This document shows, in pieces, positions 47,411 through 55,648 of a DNA stretch of 64,000 bases. Source of the DNA: Capsulimonadaceae bacterium (lineage in GTDB: Bacteria; Armatimonadota; Armatimonadia; Armatimonadales; Capsulimonadaceae). The stretch is from assembly GCA_965215505.1 (NCBI GenBank), contig OZ244065.1:960001-1024000 (forward strand), written 5' to 3'. The translations under genes and the position numbers were made by a program. How positions within the stretch are numbered: the stretch's first letter is position 1; every line of letters starts with the position of its first letter. The notes below the pieces were generated by a model. The model made no database searches. It was given only the letters and a program-made list of their open reading frames with translations, and was not told the DNA's origin.

Positions 47411-48193
47411 CTATGCCGCCTCCCACGCCCGCCGCAGCACGTCCAGCGCCTCGGGGGCCTGGCTCGGCAGGTCTTCCCACGACCCCTCAATGCTGATGCG
47501 GCCGTCATACCCGCTCGCCTTGACCACGGCCAAATAGTCGCGCAGGAACTCGAAATCCGCCGCGACGGGCGCGCGGCGGCCCACCGCCCCGGCGATATGG
47601 ACGTGGCGCAGCAGGGGCATAGACTGGCGCGTCTCCTCATAGCTCTGGCCGCCGTGGTCCACATGGTACAGGTCGCTCAGGACGGCGACGGCGGGGTGGT
47701 TCACTTCCCGTGCCAGCGCGATCCCTTCAGCGACGCTGTTGATGAAGTTGCACTCGGTCACGTTCAGCGGCTCGATGGCGATGGTGATCCCGTGCCGTTC
47801 CGCCGCCGCCCCGCCCCGCCCCAGGAACTCCCGCACCTGCCTCTGCGCCTCTTCCAAAGGCCAGCCCTCCGGGATGCCGCGCGCCGCCCCGCTCCCGAAC
47901 ACGGCCACCTCCCCGCCCAATGCAGATGCCCGCGCGAAGGCCGACTCCAGATACCGCTCCTGCCTCCCCGCGTCCACGTCCGGCCCCACCACCTTCAGGT
48001 CGACGGGCAGCAGGACGTTGTACGCCTCGGGCTTCAGGGCGGAAGACGCGAAGGCCGCCAGCAGCGGCGGCATCACGTCTCCCTCCGGCTGCTCGGGCCG
48101 CAGGGCACCCGCCACCGCGAGTTCTATGTAGTCGTAGCCGGCCCCGGCCAGCGCGTCCCGGTTCTCCGGCCCCGTACAGATGCCAAATCGCAT
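47411..48193 (-). CDS. Sugar phosphate isomerase/epimerase (TIM barrel)
   Basis: GYDYIE, VFGSG-AR, IEPLN--E, DLYH, HVHIA, GYDGRISIE. Confidence 0.9.
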   Translation of the reverse strand: MRFGICTGPENRDALAGAGYDYIELAVAGALRPEQPEGDVMPPLLAAFASSALKPEAYNVLLPVDLKVVGPDVDAGRQERYLESAFARASALGGEVAVFGSGAARGIPEGWPLEEAQRQVREFLGRGGAAAERHGITIAIEPLNVTECNFINSVAEGIALAREVNHPAVAVLSDLYHVDHGGQSYEETRQSMPLLRHVHIAGAVGRRAPVAADFEFLRDYLAVVKASGYDGRISIEGSWEDLPSQAPEALDVLRRAWEAA

Positions 48194-48309
48194 GGTATTC
48201 TCCTCCGCCTTTATCCCCTGTTAGCCGCGGCCCCCGGTTCCTCCTGCCTACATTTAGTAGACTCGCCCGAAAAAAAAGCGTATATGTAGCGAAAAAGTTG
48301 CGCGCGCGC

Positions 48310-48338
48310 TTGTCAAATAGCAACAACCGTGCTATAAT
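48310..48338 (+). promoter_or_regulatory. Sigma70 promoter of phoU-yggS-sepF-proC
   Basis: TTGTCA-N17-TATAAT with extended TG. Confidence 0.8.
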
Positions 48339-48375
48339 GGGCAAAGTTCGTAACGAGTCGGAATAAAACGCAGTG

Positions 48376-49065
48376 ATGTTGAACACACGACAAAGCTTCC
48401 ATGACGAGCTGGCCGCTCTGGAGCAGGAACTCCTGCTCATGGGCACCCTGACAGGTGCGATGCTCGGCCAGGCCGTCGAGGCCGTCCAGCAGAACGATGT
48501 CGCGCTGGCCGAGCGGGTCCTGGTCCAGGACGACGCCGTGGACGAGATGGACCGCAAGATCGAGGCCCAATGCATCCGCTTGCTCGCCTTGCAGCAGCCG
48601 ATGGCCCGCGACCTGCGGCAGATCGAGAGCGCCCTGAAGGTCATCACCGACCTGGAGCGGATCGGCGACCACGCCGTGGATATCGCCAAGATCGCCCGCA
48701 AGCTGACCCAGGAGTTCTATCTAAAGGCACCCCTCCTGGACATCGGGCCGCTGGCGCAGACGGCCCGGACGATGCTGCACGAGAGTCTGGAAAGCCTGGT
48801 CCGGCATGACCTGGCGCTTGCCGTGCGCGTCTGCGACGACGACGACCAGGCCGACGACGCTTTCAAATCCCTACGCGATGAGCTGCTGGCCCTGACCCAG
48901 AACCAGCCGTCCCTCGTCTTCCCCGCCTCGTACATGCTGCTGGCCGTTGTTTATTTGGAACGCATCGCCGACCACGCCACCAACATCGCCGAGCGCGTCT
49001 ACTACATCGAAACCGGGGACCGCAAGCCGCTCGGGCGACGCACCGCGCGCCCCGAGGACTCGTGA
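48376..49065 (+). CDS. phoU: Phosphate signalling protein PhoU
   Basis: QQPMARDLR, DLERIGDHA, LERIADHATNIAE. Confidence 0.95.
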   Translation: MLNTRQSFHDELAALEQELLLMGTLTGAMLGQAVEAVQQNDVALAERVLVQDDAVDEMDRKIEAQCIRLLALQQPMARDLRQIESALKVITDLERIGDHAVDIAKIARKLTQEFYLKAPLLDIGPLAQTARTMLHESLESLVRHDLALAVRVCDDDDQADDAFKSLRDELLALTQNQPSLVFPASYMLLAVVYLERIADHATNIAERVYYIETGDRKPLGRRTARPEDS

Positions 49066-49724
49066 GCGAAGTCGCCGACAACCTGGACCGGCTGAACGGG
49101 CAGATCGCCCAGGCGGCGGCGCGGGCGGGGCGCAGTCCGGATGAGATCACCCTGGTTGCCGTCACCAAAAAGCAGGCCGCCGCCACGGTGGCCGAGGCGC
49201 TGGCGGCGGGCGCGGGCGACGTAGGCGAGAACTATGTCCAGGAAGCGCAGGAAAAGCGGGCCGCCGTTCCTGGTGGCCGCTGGCACCTGTTGGGGCATTT
49301 GCAGGGAAACAAGGCGAAACTGGCCGTGTCGCTCTTCGACCTGATCCAGAGCGTGGACAGCGTCAAGCTCGCACAAACGCTTGGCAGGCACACGCAGGCG
49401 GCCAATGCGGCGCAGGAGATTTTGCTGCAAGTGCATCTCGGGGACGAGGCGACCAAGACCGGGCTGCCGCCCGAGATGGCGCGGGATGCTGCGGCCGAGA
49501 TCGCCGCGATTGACGGGATCGCCCTGCGCGGCCTGATGGGGATCGCCCCCTTCGGCGTGGACCCCCGGCCCCACTTCCGGGACCTGCGGCGGCTCTTCGA
49601 GGCGCTGCCGCCGGAAAACCGCCTGGTCCTCTCGATGGGCATGAGCGGCGACTTCGAGGCCGCCATCGAAGAGGGCGCGACGATGGTCCGGGTCGGCACG
49701 GCGATCTTTGGGGCGCGGACATGA
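49062..49724 (+). CDS. yggS: PLP homeostasis protein (YggS/PipY)
   Basis: LVAVTK, GENYVQE, WHLLGHLQ-NK, LSMGMSGD, MVRVGTAIFG. Confidence 0.95.
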   Translation: MSEVADNLDRLNGQIAQAAARAGRSPDEITLVAVTKKQAAATVAEALAAGAGDVGENYVQEAQEKRAAVPGGRWHLLGHLQGNKAKLAVSLFDLIQSVDSVKLAQTLGRHTQAANAAQEILLQVHLGDEATKTGLPPEMARDAAAEIAAIDGIALRGLMGIAPFGVDPRPHFRDLRRLFEALPPENRLVLSMGMSGDFEAAIEEGATMVRVGTAIFGART

Positions 49725-49782
49725 CAGGCACTAGAGGACACGACAGCAGGACAGACACGACGACAGGAGGCTAGACAGCGCG

Positions 49783-50298
49783 ATGAACCAGAATGCGGAA
49801 GCGGAAGACTATGAAGAAAATGCCCCCGCCCGAGAAGGCGGCTTGTGGTCCCGTATCATGAAGCCGTTCAAAGGGCAGGACGACTACGAGGAGGACGAGG
49901 ACATGGCCGCCGAGAACCTGACCCAGCAGATTCCCGTATCCGCCCGCGCCAACGGCGGCTCTTACAACCCGCTCAAGCGAGGGACGACGTTGCGAATCGA
50001 CCAGGCCCGCCAGACCCGGATCACCGTTCGCCGCTCCGTCCAGACCTTCGACGACGCCCGCCGCGCCGCCGACGGCCTGAAGGACGGACAGCAGCAGATC
50101 GTCAACCTGGAGCAGACCCCCGCCGACATGGCCGAGCGCATCACCGACTTCCTGAACGGCGCGACCTATGCCCTCGACGGCAGCGTGGAGAAGATCGGCG
50201 AACAGGTCTACCTGTTCACCCCCTCCACCGTCGTCATTGACATCGAGGACAAGCCCGCCACGACCGGCGTCCGCGCCGCCATCTTCGACCGGGGCTAG
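49783..50298 (+). CDS. sepF: Cell division protein SepF
   Basis: FDDA--AAD-LK, IVNLE, RITDFLNGATYALDG, LFTP. Confidence 0.92.
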   Translation: MNQNAEAEDYEENAPAREGGLWSRIMKPFKGQDDYEEDEDMAAENLTQQIPVSARANGGSYNPLKRGTTLRIDQARQTRITVRRSVQTFDDARRAADGLKDGQQQIVNLEQTPADMAERITDFLNGATYALDGSVEKIGEQVYLFTPSTVVIDIEDKPATTGVRAAIFDRG

Positions 50299-50310
50299 GG
50301 CCGTCCGAAT

Positions 50311-51123
50311 ATGCTCCGCGACAAGACATTGGCCGTGCTGGGTGCGGGCATGATGGGCGGCGCGCTGGCGCGCGGGCTGGTCGCCTGCGGTGCCATGCCC
50401 CCGTCCGGCCTCCGGCTCTACGACACGCACGCGGCCAAAGCCGAAGCCCTGGCCGCCGAGCTTGGGCCGGGCGCGCTCGCCGCGTCCTCGGCCCAGGCCG
50501 CCGTTCTTAACGTCGACCTGATCCTGCTGGCCGTCAAGCCGCCCATGGTCGCGGGCGTCCTGGCCGGGATCGCGCCGTTCGTGCTGCCCTCCCAGCTCGT
50601 CATCTCCCTGGCGGCGGGCGTCCGGCTCGCCAAGATGGAGGCCCTGCTGCCCGGCATCCCCGTCGTCCGCACCATGCCGAACACCCCCTGCCTCGTCGGC
50701 AAGGGGGCCACCGCCCTCAGCCGCGGCACACACGCCACCGAGGAACATTTAGGGTTGGCCCAGTCCCTCTTCGCCGCCGTCGGCCTGTCCGTCGAGGTCC
50801 CCGAAACCCTGCTTGATGCCGTGACCGGCCTGTCCGGCTCCGGCCCCGCCTACGTCTATCTGATGATCGAGGCCCTCGCCGACGGCGGCGTCAAGGAGGG
50901 CCTGACCCGCGACACCGCCCGCCTCCTCGCCGCCCAGACCGTGCTGGGCGCGGCCCAGATGGTCCTCTCCTCCGACCAGCACCCCGCCCAGCTCAAGGAC
51001 AACGTCACCACGCCCGGCGGCACCACCATCGCCGCCCTCCACGTCCTAGAGCGCGCCGGCATCCGCACCGCCCTCATTGACGCCATCCAGGCGGCGGCGG
51101 AGCGGTCACGCGAGCTTTCCTGA
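50311..51123 (+). CDS. proC: Pyrroline-5-carboxylate reductase
   Basis: GAGMMG, LAVKP, R-MPNTP, SGSGPAY, VTTPGGTT. Confidence 0.96.
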   Translation: MLRDKTLAVLGAGMMGGALARGLVACGAMPPSGLRLYDTHAAKAEALAAELGPGALAASSAQAAVLNVDLILLAVKPPMVAGVLAGIAPFVLPSQLVISLAAGVRLAKMEALLPGIPVVRTMPNTPCLVGKGATALSRGTHATEEHLGLAQSLFAAVGLSVEVPETLLDAVTGLSGSGPAYVYLMIEALADGGVKEGLTRDTARLLAAQTVLGAAQMVLSSDQHPAQLKDNVTTPGGTTIAALHVLERAGIRTALIDAIQAAAERSRELS

Positions 51124-51305
51124 TAGCATCAGGCTGTCCGTGTCCGTCCGCGTGTTCCCCATCCAGCCGAACAGCGGCGTCCCCCCCCCTTTCCTGATGA
51201 GGGTATTACCAAAGATGCAGCCTGACCGCACGGTCCCCGGAGGGTGGAGAAACCGGATAAGCTCGCCGGATGCCTGAGCAACACTCGGTCCGGGCGGCAT
51301 CCGGC

Positions 51306-52373
51306 TCATTTGGCGGGCGGCGGGGCCGTAGCGGGAGCCGGGCCGACAGTAACGGTAACGGTCGGTACGGCAGAGGGATACGGTTGCAGGTACATCTTGC
51401 CGCCGGGGAAGTCCATCAGGACGCGGTAGCCCGAAAGGACATCCAGGCCAAGGACAGACGGAGTGGCTAGTGTTTTTGTACGCATCTTCCTGTTAAATAC
51501 CGTCAGCGGAAGGTCATTCAGAGTGAGAGGCCCAAGATGGAACTCGCCTACCTTCTCCGTGTCGACGGTTTCATTCCCGAACAAGTTAATCTCCTGCTGT
51601 TGGTCTACCGCCTTCAGGCCAAGTTGTTTCGCCAACTGGCTAGAAACACACGTCTTGTTGGAGCCAATATCCAGCATCAAACGTTCTTCAGCGTTGACGC
51701 CATGATCGGAGAACTGGGCCTGCACCCACCGGACGCCCTTATCATCTGCAAGAGGCAAGACGTAAGGGGCTGTGAACTTTAATTTCGTCAATGCGGCAGA
51801 CTCCACTGCGCCAGGGTAAGAGAACGTGAAAGTGTGATGGTGGGTATCCAGAAGAAGGGCTACATAGCGCAACATGTTCATGCCAATGATGCCATCGTAT
51901 GAGGAGCCAGGGTGTAGCACGAACGCTTTCTCCTCCGCAACCACCATTTCCTGGTTATTGAAGATCAGCCCGCCGATGTTCACTCCCGATAGTAGTGCCA
52001 TCGATGATTGTTCCCTCCCTTCTATGAAGAAAAAGGGTTTCCCATCATCAGCGACAGCAGGAACTAAGCGTAATTTAAGCTTCTTCGCAAGAGACTGGCT
52101 GATGACACTCGTTGAAGTGCCGGTGTCCACAACGAAGGTGGCAATGGTTGTTCCGTTGAGCGTGACTTGTACTAGCGGCTGCCCCAGAATGAGGGTTCCG
52201 ACAGAGTTTGGTAGGTAACTCATTGTAATGAGGTGTTGTTTTGGCGAGGCGGCTGCCGTATCCATTTGGGCTATGGAACCATGGAGGCTGAAGTTGAGGA
52301 GAAACAACACCAAGATGGCTATCCGCCAGCACCTTTTGTGCCTTGTATACTTTATTGCCCGAAAGATTGACAT
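51306..52373 (-). CDS. Secreted double-domain retropepsin-like aspartyl protease
   Basis: FVVDTGTS, YDGIIGM, LMLDIGS, VLGLDVL; AGGAG RBS. Confidence 0.85.
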   Translation of the reverse strand: MSIFRAIKYTRHKRCWRIAILVLFLLNFSLHGSIAQMDTAAASPKQHLITMSYLPNSVGTLILGQPLVQVTLNGTTIATFVVDTGTSTSVISQSLAKKLKLRLVPAVADDGKPFFFIEGREQSSMALLSGVNIGGLIFNNQEMVVAEEKAFVLHPGSSYDGIIGMNMLRYVALLLDTHHHTFTFSYPGAVESAALTKLKFTAPYVLPLADDKGVRWVQAQFSDHGVNAEERLMLDIGSNKTCVSSQLAKQLGLKAVDQQQEINLFGNETVDTEKVGEFHLGPLTLNDLPLTVFNRKMRTKTLATPSVLGLDVLSGYRVLMDFPGGKMYLQPYPSAVPTVTVTVGPAPATAPPPAK

Positions 52374-52457
52374 GATTTTCTCCTGAAGTAGCGGAAGCTG
52401 GCATCAATGGCTTGACACCAAAAATGTCGGCTTCCGCTGGAAAGGGACATGGGAGGG

Positions 52458-52649
52458 TTATCGGAAGCCGCCCTTGTATCCAAAGGTGAAGCCGTTGAGA
52501 CTAGAAAAGCCTGCGGAGAAACCGCCGGACGAGAAGTTCACGGCACCGCATGAGGTTCCGAGTCCTGTGCCTACGTTGTATTTCAACCCACCTGTGGCTG
52601 AAAATCCGCCCTCGGGCTGGCCGTTCACGGCCTGGTCGCAGTAGTGCAC
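52458..52649 (-). pseudogene. Gly-rich C-terminal fragment of a truncated gene (Rhs-tip-like)
   Basis: No RBS; begins at the insertion boundary. Confidence 0.35.
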
Positions 52650-52695
52650 ACTTATGTTGACGCGATCCAGGCAGCGGAGCGGTCGCGCGAGCTTT

Positions 52696-53505
52696 CTAAC
52701 TACCGCAATCCGTCACCACCAGCCCCAGTAGCGCCGTCCGCATCCCCGCCCGCTCCAAGTTCTGTCGGCTGCTGGAATACGGCGCGGCGTTGCCGACGGC
52801 CAGGTCACAGCCCTCTTCCAAGGCGTCCGCCAGCCGCCGCTGGATCAGGGCGGCCTGGCAGCCCCGGCGGCGGTACTGCGGCAATGTAGCCCCCGCCGTC
52901 AGGTGGCCGATGCCGTCGCGGATGTCCATGGAGGCGGCGGCAGCGGGGACGCCGTCCACCAGGGCCATGTAGAGGCGGGAGCCGGGCAGGCTGTTCTCCG
53001 GGCGCTCCGTCCGCAGTATGCCCTCGCGCTCCTCTGGCGGCACCTCGAAGACGTCCATGAAGAGCTGAAAGCAATCCTCGCGCGCCGTGCCGTCTGCCCT
53101 TAGCACCGTGACACCCGGCGGCGGGGGCGGGGCGGCAGTGGGAACGCCGTAAAGGGTGCTGATGGGGCCGGTGACGAGCAGGGACTTCTCCGCCAGGCGG
53201 AGGGCCGTTTCCGGCTCGATAGATTGGTCGGTAATCTGGAAGTCGCAGCGCAGGCCGTCTTCGCGGTAGAAGTTGAGAATGGCATCGAGCGAGCCGAGAT
53301 CATCCAGCCCAAGGCCGAAGACCCGGCTGGCGTGGATGAACCCCCCGTCGAGGTATTTGACGGCGACCGCCGGGCCGAACTCCCGCAGGCTCGCCCCCAT
53401 CGGGTTCCCGTCCAATCCCTCGCAGAGCCGGGCGCGCAGGACCGCGCTGTCACGGTAGAAGCGGTTGATGCGCGCGGCCAGTTCCGATGTTAGCGTCAGT
53501 TCCAT
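52696..53505 (-). CDS. GNAT acetyltransferase
   Basis: GATLPQYRRRGCQ-ALI--RL, SSSRQNLERAG. Confidence 0.88.
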   Translation of the reverse strand: MELTLTSELAARINRFYRDSAVLRARLCEGLDGNPMGASLREFGPAVAVKYLDGGFIHASRVFGLGLDDLGSLDAILNFYREDGLRCDFQITDQSIEPETALRLAEKSLLVTGPISTLYGVPTAAPPPPPGVTVLRADGTAREDCFQLFMDVFEVPPEEREGILRTERPENSLPGSRLYMALVDGVPAAAASMDIRDGIGHLTAGATLPQYRRRGCQAALIQRRLADALEEGCDLAVGNAAPYSSSRQNLERAGMRTALLGLVVTDCGS

Positions 53506-53537
53506 AAGGGCAAAGCCTCTCCTATCCACACCAGGGG

Positions 53538-54941
53538 CTATTTGCCGCTGAGGAACTTGCGCGCCATTCGTTCCGCGCCCGCCTTGTCGTCCGGCGCGAG
53601 GCGGCCTTCCACGACTTCACCGGTCAGGTACTCCTTCAGCTCGCCCAGCTTCTTGCCCGGCGGCAGGCGGAGCAGGGCCATGAGTTCTTTGCCGTCGAGC
53701 GGGGAGGTCAGTGCGCTGATGTCCTGCGCCTCCTGAATGGGCGTCATGCGGGCGCGCAGGTTCGCCCCGCGCGAGACCGGGGCGGGGCCGGGGGCAAGGG
53801 CGGACACATCCGCACGGTTGACGGCGAACAGGTCGTCCAGGTGCGGCCCCAGGTCGCGCATCAGGCGGCGCACGGCGGCGTCGGTCCATTCGTCGTGGTA
53901 CTCGCCGATCCGCATGTGCTGGGCGACCAGCGTGGTGACGGCCTGAGTTTCATCATTGGGGAACTTCAGGCGCCCCATCCAGCGGCGGGTCATGTCCGCC
54001 CCGACATCGGCGTGGCCGTAGAAGTGGACGCGGCCGTCCTCCCCCACCCCCTTCGTGCGCGGCTTGCCCACGTCATGGAACAGCGTCCCCAGCCGCAGGA
54101 TCAGCGAGGCTTCGGACGGCAGGCTGCCCAGGGCGAGGAGGCTATGCTCCCAGACGGTGTAGGCATGTGCATCGTTCTGAGTGACGCCGACCATTTCTAG
54201 AAGCTCGGGCGCGAACTGTGCCAGCAGGCCGCTGTCTTTGAGCAGTTCCAGGCCGAGCGGCGCGCGGGCCGTCATCAGGGTCTTGCAGAACTCGTCGCGG
54301 ATGCGCTCGTAGGAGATGACGCGCGTCCGATCGGGGTTGATGTCGTTCAGCCGCGTGGCCCGCTGGCGCATGGCCTTCCAGGTGATCGGGTGGATGGCGA
54401 ACCCGAAGCGGGCGGCGAAGCGCACGGCGCGCAGCATCCGCAGGCCGTCGTCCTGGAACGTCAGCAGCGGGTCGGTCGGCGTCCGCAGCGTCTTAGCCTC
54501 GATGTCGGCATAGGCCAGGCCCAAGGGGTCGGTGGTTTCGCCGGTGTGCAGGTTTTCGAGCAGCGTGTTGATCGTGAAGTCGCGCCGCCGGGCGTCGTCC
54601 TGGAGCGTCCCCGGCTGGACTTCGGGCTTGCGGCTGTCCGAAGCGTAGGACTCGACGCGGGCCGTCACCAGCTCCACGTCGCGGCCTTTAACGACCACCA
54701 TCGCCGTGCCGAAGCGCGGATATACGACCGGCTCGAAGTCCGCCGCGCCCCGCCCCCGCAGGAAATAGGCCAGGGCCAGCGCGTCGCCTTCCAGGACGAT
54801 GTCAATGTCGTCCTTGGCCGACGGCAGCCCCATCGCCTTGTCCCGGACGAACCCGCCGACCAGGAACAGATGCCCATCGTACTCCGTCCCCCGCGTCGCC
54901 GCCCGCAGGGTGTTCAAGATAGTCTCGGTGTCCGTGTTCAT
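53538..54941 (-). CDS. cca: CCA-adding/poly(A)-polymerase-family tRNA nucleotidyltransferase with HD domain
   Basis: VGGFVRD, DIDI, RRDFTIN, LRMLRAVRF, ERIRDE, HDVGKP. Confidence 0.92.
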   Translation of the reverse strand: MNTDTETILNTLRAATRGTEYDGHLFLVGGFVRDKAMGLPSAKDDIDIVLEGDALALAYFLRGRGAADFEPVVYPRFGTAMVVVKGRDVELVTARVESYASDSRKPEVQPGTLQDDARRRDFTINTLLENLHTGETTDPLGLAYADIEAKTLRTPTDPLLTFQDDGLRMLRAVRFAARFGFAIHPITWKAMRQRATRLNDINPDRTRVISYERIRDEFCKTLMTARAPLGLELLKDSGLLAQFAPELLEMVGVTQNDAHAYTVWEHSLLALGSLPSEASLILRLGTLFHDVGKPRTKGVGEDGRVHFYGHADVGADMTRRWMGRLKFPNDETQAVTTLVAQHMRIGEYHDEWTDAAVRRLMRDLGPHLDDLFAVNRADVSALAPGPAPVSRGANLRARMTPIQEAQDISALTSPLDGKELMALLRLPPGKKLGELKEYLTGEVVEGRLAPDDKAGAERMARKFLSGK

Positions 54942-54960
54942 TGGGGCGATTATACCCACA

Positions 54961-55097
54961 TGGATGCCACGGGTCGAAACCCGAGGCTCGGAAATGCTCA
55001 CCGTCCAGGGGACGGAAAGACACGGAAGCCAAATGCCGGAGGGCGTCCCCTGGACGCTGGGCTTGTCTCAGCCTCGGGTTTCAACCCGTGGCACCCT
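54961..55097. repeat. Second copy of the 30860 REPIN/MITE family
   Basis: Same terminal repeats and internal CGTCCAGGGGACG. Confidence 0.9.
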
Positions 55098-55137
55098 TGT
55101 CAGGCACAGTGGGGCCTCCATCGGGTACACTCTCCCC

Positions 55138-55596
55138 ATGCTCATCCCACTCATCACCCAAAGCCTCACGCGCGGTTTCAAGACCGGGCTGGCCCTGGCC
55201 GCCGCCACGAACGCCGTCATCATGCTCGCCAGCGACAAGGAGAACGGCTCGCCGTGGGCCGCCCTCAACTGCGTCGCCCACATCGTGGACGGCGACGACA
55301 AGGAACAGCCGACCGACTATGCGCCGCGCGAGTCGCGCCTCGGCGTCTTCATCAACGGCACGGCCATGTGCGCCTGGGGCGTGCTTTACGAGGGCGCTCT
55401 GCTGGTCACGAAGACCAAGAGCAGCCCGCTGACGGCGGCCCTGGCGGTCGGGGCGGCCTGGGTCATTGACTACAAGATCGTGCCCAAACAGTACACGCCC
55501 GGCATCGAGAAGCGGCTCAGTCCGCGCTCGGTCCTGCTGTCCTACACGGCGATGGCCGTCATGTTCAGCCTGTCACCGCTGTGGAATAAGAAGTAG
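55138..55596 (+). CDS. Hypothetical membrane protein
   Basis: SPWAALN--AHI--GD, DY-IVPK--TPG-EKRLS; TACACT 6 nt upstream. Confidence 0.75.
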   Translation: MLIPLITQSLTRGFKTGLALAAATNAVIMLASDKENGSPWAALNCVAHIVDGDDKEQPTDYAPRESRLGVFINGTAMCAWGVLYEGALLVTKTKSSPLTAALAVGAAWVIDYKIVPKQYTPGIEKRLSPRSVLLSYTAMAVMFSLSPLWNKK

Positions 55597-55648
55597 GTCG
55601 CCCGGTCTTCATGTCCTGACGCGCTTTCTCGTGTTATAATGAAGCATC

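Larger units (their letters stand above)
51124..52696. mobile_element. Small low-GC insertion bounded by a duplicated proC 3' end
   Basis: 51077-51119 is imperfectly repeated at 52657-52696; interior is visibly AT-richer; no integrase. Confidence 0.65.
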
